Below are positions 29,975 to 40,167 of a stretch of DNA of 64,000 bases, one piece after another; the first letter of the stretch is position 1; every line of letters starts with the position of its first letter. Origin of the DNA: Natronomonas sp. (GTDB lineage: Archaea > Halobacteriota > Halobacteria > Halobacteriales > Haloarculaceae); contig NZ_JAWODL010000031.1 in NCBI RefSeq assembly GCF_046483325.1, positions 495-64,494 of the forward strand. Reading direction: 5' to 3'. The notes beneath the pieces are model-generated. The model saw only the letters and a list, made by a program, of their open reading frames with translations. It did no database searches and was not told the DNA's origin. The translations under genes and the position numbers were made by a program.

Positions 29975-31612
29975 ATGACAGGTGAGAGTCCAGCCACGGG
30001 AAGCGATTACATTCTGGAGGCTCTCGAAGCTGAAGGAACGTCGACCCTCTTTGGCCTCATCGGAGAGGGGAACGCCCACCTTCTCGATCGGGTCAACGAC
30101 CACGATATCGAGTTCGCCTACGCGCGCCACGAACAGGTCGCCGTCACGATGGCTGACGCGTACGCCCGGACGACCGGCTCGGTCGGTGTCTGTACGCTGA
30201 CCCACGGACCAGGTGTCACGAACGGTGCGACCGGGATCGCAGCCGCGGACCGCGACAACGTTCCGCTCATGATCATCGTCGGAGACACCGGGATAGAGGG
30301 CCGGGAGACGTCACTCCAGTATCTCGACCACCAATCTTTTACCCGTCCGATATCAGTTTACCAGACGCGGATCGAGTCGATCGAAACTGCACCCGAGACG
30401 ATCAGACGCGCGTTCGGAAAGGCACGAACACAACACGGTCCCGCGATCGTGGAAATCCCTTCGGACGTCCAGACGGCCGACGCCCCCGAGGCGACCTACC
30501 GTCCCAAACCGGTCCTGTCACAGCGAACCTCGCCGGACCCGTCCGTTGTGGTCGAGGCCGTCGAACTACTCGACAATGCCGAATCGCCAGTCATTTTGGC
30601 CGGTGGCGGCGCGATGGCGTCCCAGGCGGCCGACGCGCTCTCCTCGCTTGCCGAACGGCTCGGTGCCCCGATCGCGGTTACGTACTTCGGGAAGGGTCTC
30701 TTCGATGCGGATGCACCGCTGTATTCGGGGATCGCGGGGACGTTCATGTCGCCCGCGAATGACGAACTGCTTTGGGACGCCGACGTCGTCGTCACCGCCG
30801 GGGCACAGCTGTCCGGCAAGGTGACCCGATACGGTGATCTGTACGCCGACGCCGACGTGATCCAGATAGACATCGATCCCGACGCGATCGCACGCTATCG
30901 GTCCCCGTCGGTGTCACTTCTGGGCGACGCGGCCGCCACTGTCGACGCGTTGACCGAGCGGATCGCCCCGGTCCCCGACCGGACCGAACGGGTAAAAGGG
31001 ATCGTCGAACGGGCCGAGAACGGCTTCGAATTCGAACCCTCGTCGCCCGACGGTGTGCTCGACCCCCGTGAGGCGACCCGTGAGGTCGCCGCCCGCATCC
31101 CCGACGATTCGATCGTCACGATCGACTCCGGTAACAACACCGGCTTCCCGGCAGTGTTTCACCCGATGGGCGCCGACGGACGGATGCTGGTAAACGGGAA
31201 CTTTGGAACGATGGGCTACGCGCTCCCGGCTGCTTTGGGTGCACAGGTCGCCGCCCCGGACCGAACCGTCGTCTGTTATGCGGGTGACGGGTCATTATTA
31301 CAGGTCGTCCAGGACATCGAAACCGCCTCACGTCTCGGACTTCCGATCATCGTGATCGTCCTGAACGACGAAAGCTACGGGATCATTCGACATCGCCAGC
31401 AGCTTGAGTACGGCCGTCAGACAGCTGCCGACTACGAAAGCCCGGATTTTGCAACTGTCGCGCGCGGACTTGGCGCTCGTGCCGAGACCGTCCGCTCGCT
31501 CGACGGATTTGATGCGATCGACGGACACCTCCGGTCTGCGTCATCGAAGCCACTGGTACTCGACGTTCGAACCGATCCCGACGTTTCCCGCCCCGGATTC
31601 CCGCCGTACTGA
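29975..31612 (+). CDS. ThDP-dependent enzyme (acetolactate synthase-like superfamily)
   Basis: ARHEQ, THGPG.TN, GTMGYALPAALG, GDGS...LND ThDP motif. Confidence 0.88.
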   Translation: MTGESPATGSDYILEALEAEGTSTLFGLIGEGNAHLLDRVNDHDIEFAYARHEQVAVTMADAYARTTGSVGVCTLTHGPGVTNGATGIAAADRDNVPLMIIVGDTGIEGRETSLQYLDHQSFTRPISVYQTRIESIETAPETIRRAFGKARTQHGPAIVEIPSDVQTADAPEATYRPKPVLSQRTSPDPSVVVEAVELLDNAESPVILAGGGAMASQAADALSSLAERLGAPIAVTYFGKGLFDADAPLYSGIAGTFMSPANDELLWDADVVVTAGAQLSGKVTRYGDLYADADVIQIDIDPDAIARYRSPSVSLLGDAAATVDALTERIAPVPDRTERVKGIVERAENGFEFEPSSPDGVLDPREATREVAARIPDDSIVTIDSGNNTGFPAVFHPMGADGRMLVNGNFGTMGYALPAALGAQVAAPDRTVVCYAGDGSLLQVVQDIETASRLGLPIIVIVLNDESYGIIRHRQQLEYGRQTAADYESPDFATVARGLGARAETVRSLDGFDAIDGHLRSASSKPLVLDVRTDPDVSRPGFPPY

Positions 31613-31741
31613 CGGGGCACACCCAGCGACGTGGACACTCGCGACGACGATGGAAGTCTGATTCTTCGCTGTGAAACCTCTGTGGCCCTCTTAGGTGGTA
31701 TCCGAACGTATATGTCGGTTCGGAACTCCTTTCGATTGACT

Positions 31742-32617
31742 ATGGATATACTGCTCACCGGTGCCAACGGCACCGTCGGCGAGGCGATCCTCTCGGGGAT
31801 CGGTGACCGACCGGAGTTCACGTTCGCCCGTCTCGACGTCGAAGACCACCCGGAGCGCGAGACCGTCGTCGCGGACATCACCGACTACGACGACATCCGA
31901 CCGCATTTCGAAGACAAAGACGCGGTGATCCACCTCGCGGCGCTGGTCGATCTCAGCGCGTCGTGGGACGAGATTCTCCGGGCGAACGTAATCGGCACGT
32001 ACAACGTCCTCGAAGCGGCCGCAGACGCCGGAGTCGAACGGTTCGTCTTCGCGTCGTCGATCCACACGGTCGGGATGTACGAACTCGACTTTGCCCCCGA
32101 GATCTACGACCCCGCTTACGATCTCGAGATCGACCACGAAACGCCCGTCCGACCCGATTCGTTCTACGGACTGTCGAAGGTGTTCGGCGAGGCGCTCGGT
32201 CGCCTCTACGTCGAAAGCCACGAGAGCCCACTGGGATCGGTCCACCCGGCGTTCGGGACGAACACGCGCGAGTATCCCAACCGGTTTTACTCGCTTCGGA
32301 TCAAAAGCGTCCGCGACGCCGAACACGATCATCCGTACGGCCTCGCCGAGGAGGGCGTCGAGGAGGGGCTGTGGGAACGGGACAGCAAGGATTACGAGTA
32401 CATGGCCGATCGACTGAAGGCAACGTGGCTCTCCCACCGCGATCTCAACCAGTTGATCGAGGCGTGTCTCACCGACGAAACCGTCGAATTCGACGTTTTC
32501 TGGGGCGTCAGCGGTAACGACGCCCGGTGGGTCGACCTCGATCACAACCGCGACATTCTCGATTACGAGCCACAGGACAACGGTGCGACGTGGACCGGGC
32601 CACCGTCGGACGAGTAA
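31742..32617 (+). CDS. NAD-dependent epimerase/dehydratase (extended SDR)
   Basis: LLTGANGTVG, IHLAA, ASS, YGLSK. Confidence 0.85.
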   Translation: MDILLTGANGTVGEAILSGIGDRPEFTFARLDVEDHPERETVVADITDYDDIRPHFEDKDAVIHLAALVDLSASWDEILRANVIGTYNVLEAAADAGVERFVFASSIHTVGMYELDFAPEIYDPAYDLEIDHETPVRPDSFYGLSKVFGEALGRLYVESHESPLGSVHPAFGTNTREYPNRFYSLRIKSVRDAEHDHPYGLAEEGVEEGLWERDSKDYEYMADRLKATWLSHRDLNQLIEACLTDETVEFDVFWGVSGNDARWVDLDHNRDILDYEPQDNGATWTGPPSDE

Positions 32618-32726
32618 CCGTCCGTGAGGAGTGATCGGTCTAAGCGGTATCGGTAGTGAACGGCCGTCTTACGGTGGTATTCCGGCCGCCCTGTGCATTT
32701 ATCAGCTGGGATGTTGATCATACGGT

Positions 32727-34478
32727 ATGGTCGACACCGGTGAGCTCGAGATCTTTAGACACTCGTTGAAAAGCATCGTGGAGGAAATGGGTGTAACGTT
32801 ACAGCGGACCGCGTACTCGACGAACATCAAGATACGGCGCGATCATACGTGCGCGCTGTTCGATGCGGACCTCCGCCATATCGCCCAACACGATATCGCC
32901 CCTCAACACATCGGTTCGCTCGTTTCTGTCGTCCCGAAGAACGTCCCCGACTGGGAGGACAATCTCGACCCGGGCGACGGAATCCTGATCAACGATCCTG
33001 ACAAGGGGGCCGTCCACCTACCCGATGTGATGCTCATCTCGCCGCTGTTTTATCACGACGAGATCGTTGGATACGCTGCGAACTCCGCCCACCACGTCGA
33101 TATCGGCGGTGGGACCCCCGGTGGAATCCCGAACGACAGCACCGAACTGTACGCCGAGGGGCTCATCATTCCGGGCGTGCGTGCGGTCCGTGACTGGGAG
33201 TACGACGACGACGTGCTCTCCCTCGTGCTTCGGAACGTCCGGAGTCCCCAGATGCGTCGGGGTGACTACCAGGCACAACTTGGTGCCAACCGAATCGGCG
33301 AGGAGCGATTCGGCGATCTGTACGACTCCTATGGACACGCGGGGGTCAAAACGTATCTCGACGAACTCCTTGAGTACACGGAGCGGCGGGTTCGGGCGGC
33401 GATATCGGACCTTCCTGACGGCCACTACGCCGCAGAAGATCACATGGACGGCGACGGGATCGTCGACGAGCCCGTCCGGTTACGACTCGCGCTCACCGTC
33501 GACGGCGACGAGATGACGATCGACTTCACGGGAACGGCGCCCGAGAACGTCGGCCCGCTGAACTGCACTCCTGCGATGGCGTTCGCCGGGACGATGTCTG
33601 TCATCATGGCGTTCATCGGCACAGATCTCCCGAAAAACGACGGCTTCTACCGCCCCTTCGAGATAATCACGCCGGAGGGGACGATGGTGAACCCGGGGGA
33701 GAACGCACCCGTCGCCGGCGGCTGGGAGATCCCGATGCGCGCGGGCGACCTGGTGACGAAGGCGCTCGCGGATGCCGTCCCCGAACGAACTATCGGCGCG
33801 ACGAAGGGGATGGTGTGTAACGTCGCATACGGCGGGACCGATCCGCGTGACGACGGTGAGTACGTCTACTACGAGACGGTCGCCGGCGGGTACGGCGGGC
33901 GGGCGACGAAGGACGGAATGGACGGCGTCCAGACGCACTTTCAAAACACCGCTAACAGCCCGATCGAAGAGCTGGAATCGGAAATTCCACTCTACGTCCG
34001 TCGCTACGAGTTGATCGCTGATTCGGAGGGTGCCGGCCGACAGCGCGGTGGTCTCGGTATCCGGCGAGACCTCGAATTCTACGACCACAGCGCTTCGTTT
34101 TCGCTTCTGACGGATCGAACACGATCGAGACCGTGGGGCGTGTTCGGCGGACGGAGCGCACAGCCTTCGAAATTCGTTCGAAACCCCGATACGGGCGAGG
34201 AGACAGAACTCGGCTCGAAGTCGACGACGAAACTCGACCCTGGCGACGTGGTGAGCATTCGAACTCCGGGTGGGGGCGGCTACGGCGATCCGATAGAACG
34301 CGACCCCGATGCGGTCCTCGACGACGTTCTCGACGGCAAAGTATCGACCGAGCGGGCAAAGCAAGCGTACTCGGTCATCCTCTCCGATGACGGTGAAACG
34401 GTCGACTGCGACGCCACGAACGCCCACCGCGAGGAGATTCGTTCGGAGGCCGCAGCCGACGGCGAGGTGTCACGATGA
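32727..34478 (+). CDS. hyuB: Hydantoinase B/oxoprolinase family subunit
   Basis: TAYSTNIK, HHVDIGG, YETVAGGYG, TPGGGGYGDP. Confidence 0.9.
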   Translation: MVDTGELEIFRHSLKSIVEEMGVTLQRTAYSTNIKIRRDHTCALFDADLRHIAQHDIAPQHIGSLVSVVPKNVPDWEDNLDPGDGILINDPDKGAVHLPDVMLISPLFYHDEIVGYAANSAHHVDIGGGTPGGIPNDSTELYAEGLIIPGVRAVRDWEYDDDVLSLVLRNVRSPQMRRGDYQAQLGANRIGEERFGDLYDSYGHAGVKTYLDELLEYTERRVRAAISDLPDGHYAAEDHMDGDGIVDEPVRLRLALTVDGDEMTIDFTGTAPENVGPLNCTPAMAFAGTMSVIMAFIGTDLPKNDGFYRPFEIITPEGTMVNPGENAPVAGGWEIPMRAGDLVTKALADAVPERTIGATKGMVCNVAYGGTDPRDDGEYVYYETVAGGYGGRATKDGMDGVQTHFQNTANSPIEELESEIPLYVRRYELIADSEGAGRQRGGLGIRRDLEFYDHSASFSLLTDRTRSRPWGVFGGRSAQPSKFVRNPDTGEETELGSKSTTKLDPGDVVSIRTPGGGGYGDPIERDPDAVLDDVLDGKVSTERAKQAYSVILSDDGETVDCDATNAHREEIRSEAAADGEVSR

Positions 34479-36499
34479 CCGCCCGAATCGGTGTCGATAC
34501 GGGCGGGACGTTCACCGACGTGGTGCTGTACGACACCGATTCCGAGGACGTTCACGTGACGAAGACCCCCTCGACGCCACCGAATTTCGACGAAGGGGTG
34601 TTGCGGGGGATCGACAAAATCCTCGCACAGACTGGGACGGAGCCGGAAGCGGTGTCATTTTTGAGCCACGGTACGACCGTCGGCACGAACGCGGTGTTGG
34701 AAGGCGAGATGCCGACGCTCGGGTTGATAACAAACGAGGGGCTGCGGGACGTCCTCGAGATCGGCGATCAGACTCGCCCGGAGATGTACGATCTGCAGGC
34801 GGAGAAACCGCCGGTGTTGATCCCACGGCGGCGGCGCCGAGAGGTTCTTGGTCGTCTCGACGCGACCGGTTCCGTCGTCGACCCGCTCGACGAAGCGCAG
34901 GTTCGCGAGGTCGTCACGTCGTTGGCCGACGGGGACGTCGACTCTATCGTCGTCTCGATGCTCTTTTCGCACCTCAACGATACCCACGAGCGACGAATCG
35001 GCGAGATCATCGAGGAGACGACGTCCGTCCCGTACACGCTTTCCTCGGCGGTGTATCCCGAACGCCGCGAGTACGATCGGACCGTGACGACGGTCCTCAA
35101 CGAGGCCGTCAAAATCACGATTCAGGACTACTTTGCCCGTCTCGACGACGGCATCGCCGCACGGAACCTCGAGGTCCCGCTCAACATCATGCACTCCGGC
35201 GGCGGTATCTTCGGGACTCAACAGGCGATCGACTTCGCGATTCGGACGGTACTTTCGGGTCCCGCCGCTGGCGCCGTCGCGACCCGCGACGTGTGTCGGA
35301 CCGAATCGCTTGACAACGTCATCGGACTCGATATGGGTGGGACGAGCACCGACGTCAGTATCGTCGCCGACGGGGACATCATCCGCTCGACAGACGGAGA
35401 AATCAATGACCTCCCGATAAACACCCCGATGATCGATATTCACACCGTCGGTGCCGGTGGCGGAAGCATCGTCTGGATCGACGAGGGGGGTGGCCTCCGG
35501 GTCGGTCCGCAGAGTTCGGGCGCCGATCCGGGGCCGATTTGCTACGACCGCGGCGGCACCGATCCGACCGTCACCGACGCGAACCTCGTTTTGGGGCGGA
35601 TCGATCCGGACGCATTCCTCGATGGGGACATGTCGACGGCCGCCGACCGAGCACGCGAGCGCTTCGGACGCGTGATCGCCGATCCGCTGGACGAATCGAT
35701 CGAGGATGCCGCGCTGAGCGTTCTCAAAGTGGCGAACGCGAAGATGAGTCGGCAGATCCGGAAGGTCACCGTTGAACGGGGTCGGGACCCAGCGGAGTTT
35801 TCGCTGGTCGCCTTCGGCGGGGCCGGGCCGCTGCAGGCGGCCGCAGTCGGTCGGCAGATGGATATGGAATCGGTCGTGCTCCCGCAGAGTCCCGGCGTGT
35901 TCTCCGCCAGGGGACTCTTGCTCGCCGACGTCCGACTGGACGAATCCCAGGCGTATCGCGGCGAGTCGATCGATGTGGAACGTATTCGGTCTCAGTTCGA
36001 TGCGATGGAGACGACGCTTCGCAGTCGGTTCGACGCGCAGGACGTCGCTCCTGACGAGATCGAGATCAGCTACGCCATAGACGCCCGATACGCCGGCCAA
36101 TCGTACGAACAGACCATCCCGTTCGCCGGTGAGTCGGTCACTGATACCACCGTCTCGACGACCGTCGCCCGATTCCACGACCGTCACGAGCAGCTGTACG
36201 GCTACGCAATGCGCAACGAACCGATCGAAGTCGTCACGCTTCGCGAGACCGGAACAGCCGAAACGCCAACTCTCGCCGCGTCATCCGGCAGATCCGCTGT
36301 CGCCGCACACGACGAGCGAAACGTGTACTTCGATGACAGGGGATTCCGATCGACGCCGATCTACGGCCGATCCGTCCTCGAGGGCGGACAACGACTCAAA
36401 GGTCCAGCCCTCCTCGAGGAACCCGGTTGTACGTCGCTGCTCCCGCCGGGAACGACCGCCGAAATCTCCGCAGACAGAAACGTGATCATCGACCTCTGA
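34475..36499 (+). CDS. hyuA: Hydantoinase A/oxoprolinase family subunit
   Basis: DTGGTFTD, HGTTVGTNA, SGPAAG, DMGGTSTD, GAGGGSI, FGGAGPL. Confidence 0.92.
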   Translation: MTARIGVDTGGTFTDVVLYDTDSEDVHVTKTPSTPPNFDEGVLRGIDKILAQTGTEPEAVSFLSHGTTVGTNAVLEGEMPTLGLITNEGLRDVLEIGDQTRPEMYDLQAEKPPVLIPRRRRREVLGRLDATGSVVDPLDEAQVREVVTSLADGDVDSIVVSMLFSHLNDTHERRIGEIIEETTSVPYTLSSAVYPERREYDRTVTTVLNEAVKITIQDYFARLDDGIAARNLEVPLNIMHSGGGIFGTQQAIDFAIRTVLSGPAAGAVATRDVCRTESLDNVIGLDMGGTSTDVSIVADGDIIRSTDGEINDLPINTPMIDIHTVGAGGGSIVWIDEGGGLRVGPQSSGADPGPICYDRGGTDPTVTDANLVLGRIDPDAFLDGDMSTAADRARERFGRVIADPLDESIEDAALSVLKVANAKMSRQIRKVTVERGRDPAEFSLVAFGGAGPLQAAAVGRQMDMESVVLPQSPGVFSARGLLLADVRLDESQAYRGESIDVERIRSQFDAMETTLRSRFDAQDVAPDEIEISYAIDARYAGQSYEQTIPFAGESVTDTTVSTTVARFHDRHEQLYGYAMRNEPIEVVTLRETGTAETPTLAASSGRSAVAAHDERNVYFDDRGFRSTPIYGRSVLEGGQRLKGPALLEEPGCTSLLPPGTTAEISADRNVIIDL

Positions 36500-36566
36500 C
36501 CGATCCGCCGCGCTCTCCACGTCGGTGGTACCGTACCGTTAAGACGGCGTGGGCGGGAGTCTGTGT

Positions 36567-38204
36567 ATGATCGTCGGTCGAGCCGTAACTGAACGGATGA
36601 TCGAACGCGGAATCGACACCGTCTTCGGAATCCCGGGAAAGCAGTCGCTACCACTGAACGAAGCCATTGAGCACCGCGATGGAATCGATTTCATCGTCGC
36701 CCGCCACGAGACCGCGGTCACCCACCAGGCATGGGGGTACGCCGAAACCAGCGGTCGGATGGCCGCGACGGTCGTCATCCCGGGTCCGGGTGATATGAAC
36801 GCGATGAACGGTTTGAAGAACGCGCTCAACGACTGTACGCCGATGTTACACGTCGCTATCGAAACTGATCCGAGGCTTCGGGGTGGTGATGCGATCCACG
36901 AGACGCCGCCGGATACGTACGATCCAATCCTCAAGGAGAACCTCATTGTGACGAATCCCAACAGCGTTGCTGCGACCGTCGACCGGGCCATCAGTATCGC
37001 TCGCTCCTCGCCCCGAGGTCCCGTCCGAGTCGGCATCCCAAAACCCCACCTCGCGATGGACGTGACACAGGTGGATATCGACGAAGACGACGACGAGGGC
37101 GTCCACCATCCTCCCGAGGAGCCGCTTGCGGCGGCCGTCGACTTACTCGCAGCAGCTGACGATCCCATACTCATCGCCGGTGGTGGCGTTCGTGCCTCAA
37201 ACGCAGCGTCGTCACTTAGGAAGGTCGCCGAACGGCTCCGTTCGCCCGTCGTGACTACGTACAAAGGAAAAGGCGTCTTTCCGGAAGACCACGAGCTGAG
37301 CGCGGGCGTGTTGAGCGCCAGTGCGTCCCCGGAACTTCTCTCGCTCATGCGAACGGCCGACGTCGGCCTCGTGGTGGGGTCGGATCTCGACGCCGTCGCG
37401 ACCCGCGGTTTCACCGTCGAGCTACCGACACAACTTGTGCATGTGGCGCTCGATATCGACGACATCGGAACAGGGTACGACCTCACGATAGGTATCGTGG
37501 CCGACGCGAGCGCGACGCTCGATATGCTAGATACCCGACTCACTGCAGCTGGCGTCTCGAACGCCGGCGACGACCGTGCCTCGAACGTTCGGCGAGCCAT
37601 CAGTCGGCGGATCGAGCCGTTACTCGACGACATGCCACCGATCACGTCGGTTCGCGCGCTCCAGACGGTTCGCGAGGCACTCCCACGGGAGGCGATCGTC
37701 GCCGTCGACGCGGGCGGCTTCCGCGTGTGGGGACTCAACGTTTTCGACGCCTACGGGCCGCGTCGGTACGTCAACCCGGGGTCGTGGGCGACGATGGGTA
37801 CGGGCCTCCCGTCGGCGATCGGCGCGCAGTTCGCGAACCCGGAGATGCCGGTCGTCGCGGTGACCGGCGACGGCGGCCTCATGATGTGTATACACGAGCT
37901 ACATACGCTCGCCGCCGAGGGGATTCCCGTCACTGTCGTCGTGTTGAACAACAACGATTATGCGATCATCAGCGAGGAGGCCGGACGACGTTACGAACTC
38001 GACCCCGACGAGTACGGGTGGTCGAACGCCCCGCTCGATTTCATTTCGATCGCCGAAGGTATGGGCGTTTCCAGTACCCGTGTCCGAACTCCGGGGGAGC
38101 TCTCGGATGCGATCGCCGACGGTCTCTCGTCGACGTCCCCATTTCTCGTTGAGGTGCCGGTCGACCCGACCGAGCCGCAGGCCAGCGAGTTCATGAACGA
38201 GTAG
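36567..38204 (+). CDS. ThDP-dependent enzyme (second, distinct member)
   Basis: FGIPG, ARHE, GPG, ATMGTGLP, GDGG...NNNDY. Confidence 0.88.
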   Translation: MIVGRAVTERMIERGIDTVFGIPGKQSLPLNEAIEHRDGIDFIVARHETAVTHQAWGYAETSGRMAATVVIPGPGDMNAMNGLKNALNDCTPMLHVAIETDPRLRGGDAIHETPPDTYDPILKENLIVTNPNSVAATVDRAISIARSSPRGPVRVGIPKPHLAMDVTQVDIDEDDDEGVHHPPEEPLAAAVDLLAAADDPILIAGGGVRASNAASSLRKVAERLRSPVVTTYKGKGVFPEDHELSAGVLSASASPELLSLMRTADVGLVVGSDLDAVATRGFTVELPTQLVHVALDIDDIGTGYDLTIGIVADASATLDMLDTRLTAAGVSNAGDDRASNVRRAISRRIEPLLDDMPPITSVRALQTVREALPREAIVAVDAGGFRVWGLNVFDAYGPRRYVNPGSWATMGTGLPSAIGAQFANPEMPVVAVTGDGGLMMCIHELHTLAAEGIPVTVVVLNNNDYAIISEEAGRRYELDPDEYGWSNAPLDFISIAEGMGVSSTRVRTPGELSDAIADGLSSTSPFLVEVPVDPTEPQASEFMNE

Positions 38205-38231
38205 GGCCGGGTTAGCCGTGGGGCGGCGCGT

Positions 38232-38639
38232 TTATGGGTCCGGTCGGTCGATCGTCTGTGCGACGACGTGGTCTGGTTCGATGGTCAGATTTCTTCGATC
38301 GGCGTTCCGATCGTTCGGATACGGACAGCCCCAGTATCGCTCGGACAACCGGTCGATGAATTCGAGCGCGTCCTCGGTCGTATGATCGATCACCGTTCCC
38401 TGGATGATAAGGAACCGATACGGGTCCTCCGAATCGGTCACTGAGACCGACACGTTCGGATCGCCGTCGACGTTCTTCATCTTCCTTGCGTTCGCCTTGC
38501 CGCCGACGTAGAGGTACTCGCCGTCGTAGTCGACCCAAACGGGCGCTTGGTGTGGTCGGCCGTCCGGGAGTATCGTTCCGATGTGTGCGACGTGTGTGCC
38601 CGTCAACAGGTCGGCGTAGTCGTTGGGTATCGACTGCAT
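38232..38639 (-). CDS. PPOX-class (F420/FMN-binding split barrel) oxidoreductase
   Basis: DGRPHQAPVW, KMKNVDGDPNVSVSV. Confidence 0.8.
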   Translation of the reverse strand: MQSIPNDYADLLTGTHVAHIGTILPDGRPHQAPVWVDYDGEYLYVGGKANARKMKNVDGDPNVSVSVTDSEDPYRFLIIQGTVIDHTTEDALEFIDRLSERYWGCPYPNDRNADRRNLTIEPDHVVAQTIDRPDP

Positions 38640-38656
38640 TTGGCTTTCGTATACGG

Positions 38657-39358
38657 CTATCCGCCCAGGTATAGCTTGTTTACTTCTGGATTCTCGAGCA
38701 GTTCGTCGGCGCTGTCCTCGTATCTAACCTGTCCTTGGGCTAACACAAGCCCCCGATCTGAGATGCCCAATCCTGCTCGAGCGTTTTGTTCGACCATCAA
38801 AACCGACGTTCCCAGATCATTGATTTCCTTTATATCTTCGAACACTTCCTCGATGAGCGAAGGGGCCAATCCAGCGCTCGGTTCGTCGATCAACAGTACG
38901 TCCGGATCGATCATCAACGCGCGCGAGAACGCCAACAGTTGGCGCTGGCCGCCCGAGAGCGTGTTCGCCTTCTCGGATCGCTTCTCTTCGAGGATCGGGA
39001 ACCGATTAAACAGTTCGCCGATCATTTCCTCGGTTTTATCGACGGTCACCCCGCCGATCTCGAGGTTCTCCTCGATCGTCAACGTGCCGAACACGTTGTC
39101 GGTCTGGGGAACGTAGCTGACGCCTTTCCGAACGATGTCCTCGGGGAGCAGTCCGGATATCTCAGTTCCGCGAAGCGTGATTCGCCCGTTCCATGGCTGG
39201 ACAAGGCCGAATATGGTTTTTATCGCCGTGCTCTTTCCGGCGCCGTTGGGACCGATAATGCACACGATCTCCTCCTCCTCGAGATGCATCGAGACGTCGT
39301 TGAGGATCTGTAAGTCCCCGTATCCGCTGTCGACGTTCTCGACGTCGAGTACGCTCAT
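38657..39358 (-). CDS. livF: ABC ATP-binding protein
   Basis: GPNGAGKST, LSGGQRQ, IDEPSAG, MVEQN. Confidence 0.9.
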   Translation of the reverse strand: MSVLDVENVDSGYGDLQILNDVSMHLEEEEIVCIIGPNGAGKSTAIKTIFGLVQPWNGRITLRGTEISGLLPEDIVRKGVSYVPQTDNVFGTLTIEENLEIGGVTVDKTEEMIGELFNRFPILEEKRSEKANTLSGGQRQLLAFSRALMIDPDVLLIDEPSAGLAPSLIEEVFEDIKEINDLGTSVLMVEQNARAGLGISDRGLVLAQGQVRYEDSADELLENPEVNKLYLGG

Positions 39359-40167
39359 CAGGCACCACCCAGGTACGCTTCGATGACGCGTTCGTCCGAT
39401 TGCACGGTTCGTGGATTGCCCTCGAGCAACACACGACCGCGGTTGAGAACGATCACATCCTCGGCCAGTTCCATGAGAAAGTCGATGTCGTGTTCGATAA
39501 TAAAGAATGTGTACCCCTGTTCCTCGTTGAGTTCGCGAATGAACGATGCGATCTCGTTTACTAGAACCGGGTTGATTCCCGCCACCGGCTCGTCGAGCAG
39601 TAGTACGTCGGGTTCGGCCATCAGTGCGCGTGCGAGCGCCAACAGTTTCATTTGTCCGCCCGACAGGCTCGTCGTCGGTTCGTTCGCGAGATGGTCGATC
39701 TCAAAGAAATCCAACAGTTCGCTCGCCCGGTGGAGGTTCTCGCGTTCCTGTTCCGTGACGTCAGATCCGGAGAGGAACAACTGTGGGATCGATTCGCCGA
39801 GTTGCGATTGAGCTCCGGTGAGCATGGCCTCTCGGACGGTCATGCTCTCGAGCCGCCGAGGCGTCTGAAACGTCCTGAGTAGTCCTTCCTGTACGATCTG
39901 GTTCGGTTGTCGTCCGGTCACCTCGGTTCCGTTCACCACGACGCTTCCGGCATCCGGTTCGTAAAAGCCGGAGATGAGGTTGAAAAGCGTCGATTTACCG
40001 GCTCCGTTCGGACCGATAATACCAGTTATCGTTCCGGATTCGACGTCCAGCGAGACGTCATCGGCGGCGACCAGTCCACCGAAGCTCTTTTTAATATTTC
40101 GCACCTCCAAGACGGCGTTTTCCTTGTTCAGGTGGGCACCGTCGTACGTGAGGTCGTACGAACTCAT
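39358..40167 (-). CDS. livG: ABC ATP-binding protein
   Basis: GPNGAGKST, LSGGQMK, LDEPVAG, IEHD. Confidence 0.9.
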   Translation of the reverse strand: MSSYDLTYDGAHLNKENAVLEVRNIKKSFGGLVAADDVSLDVESGTITGIIGPNGAGKSTLFNLISGFYEPDAGSVVVNGTEVTGRQPNQIVQEGLLRTFQTPRRLESMTVREAMLTGAQSQLGESIPQLFLSGSDVTEQERENLHRASELLDFFEIDHLANEPTTSLSGGQMKLLALARALMAEPDVLLLDEPVAGINPVLVNEIASFIRELNEEQGYTFFIIEHDIDFLMELAEDVIVLNRGRVLLEGNPRTVQSDERVIEAYLGGA

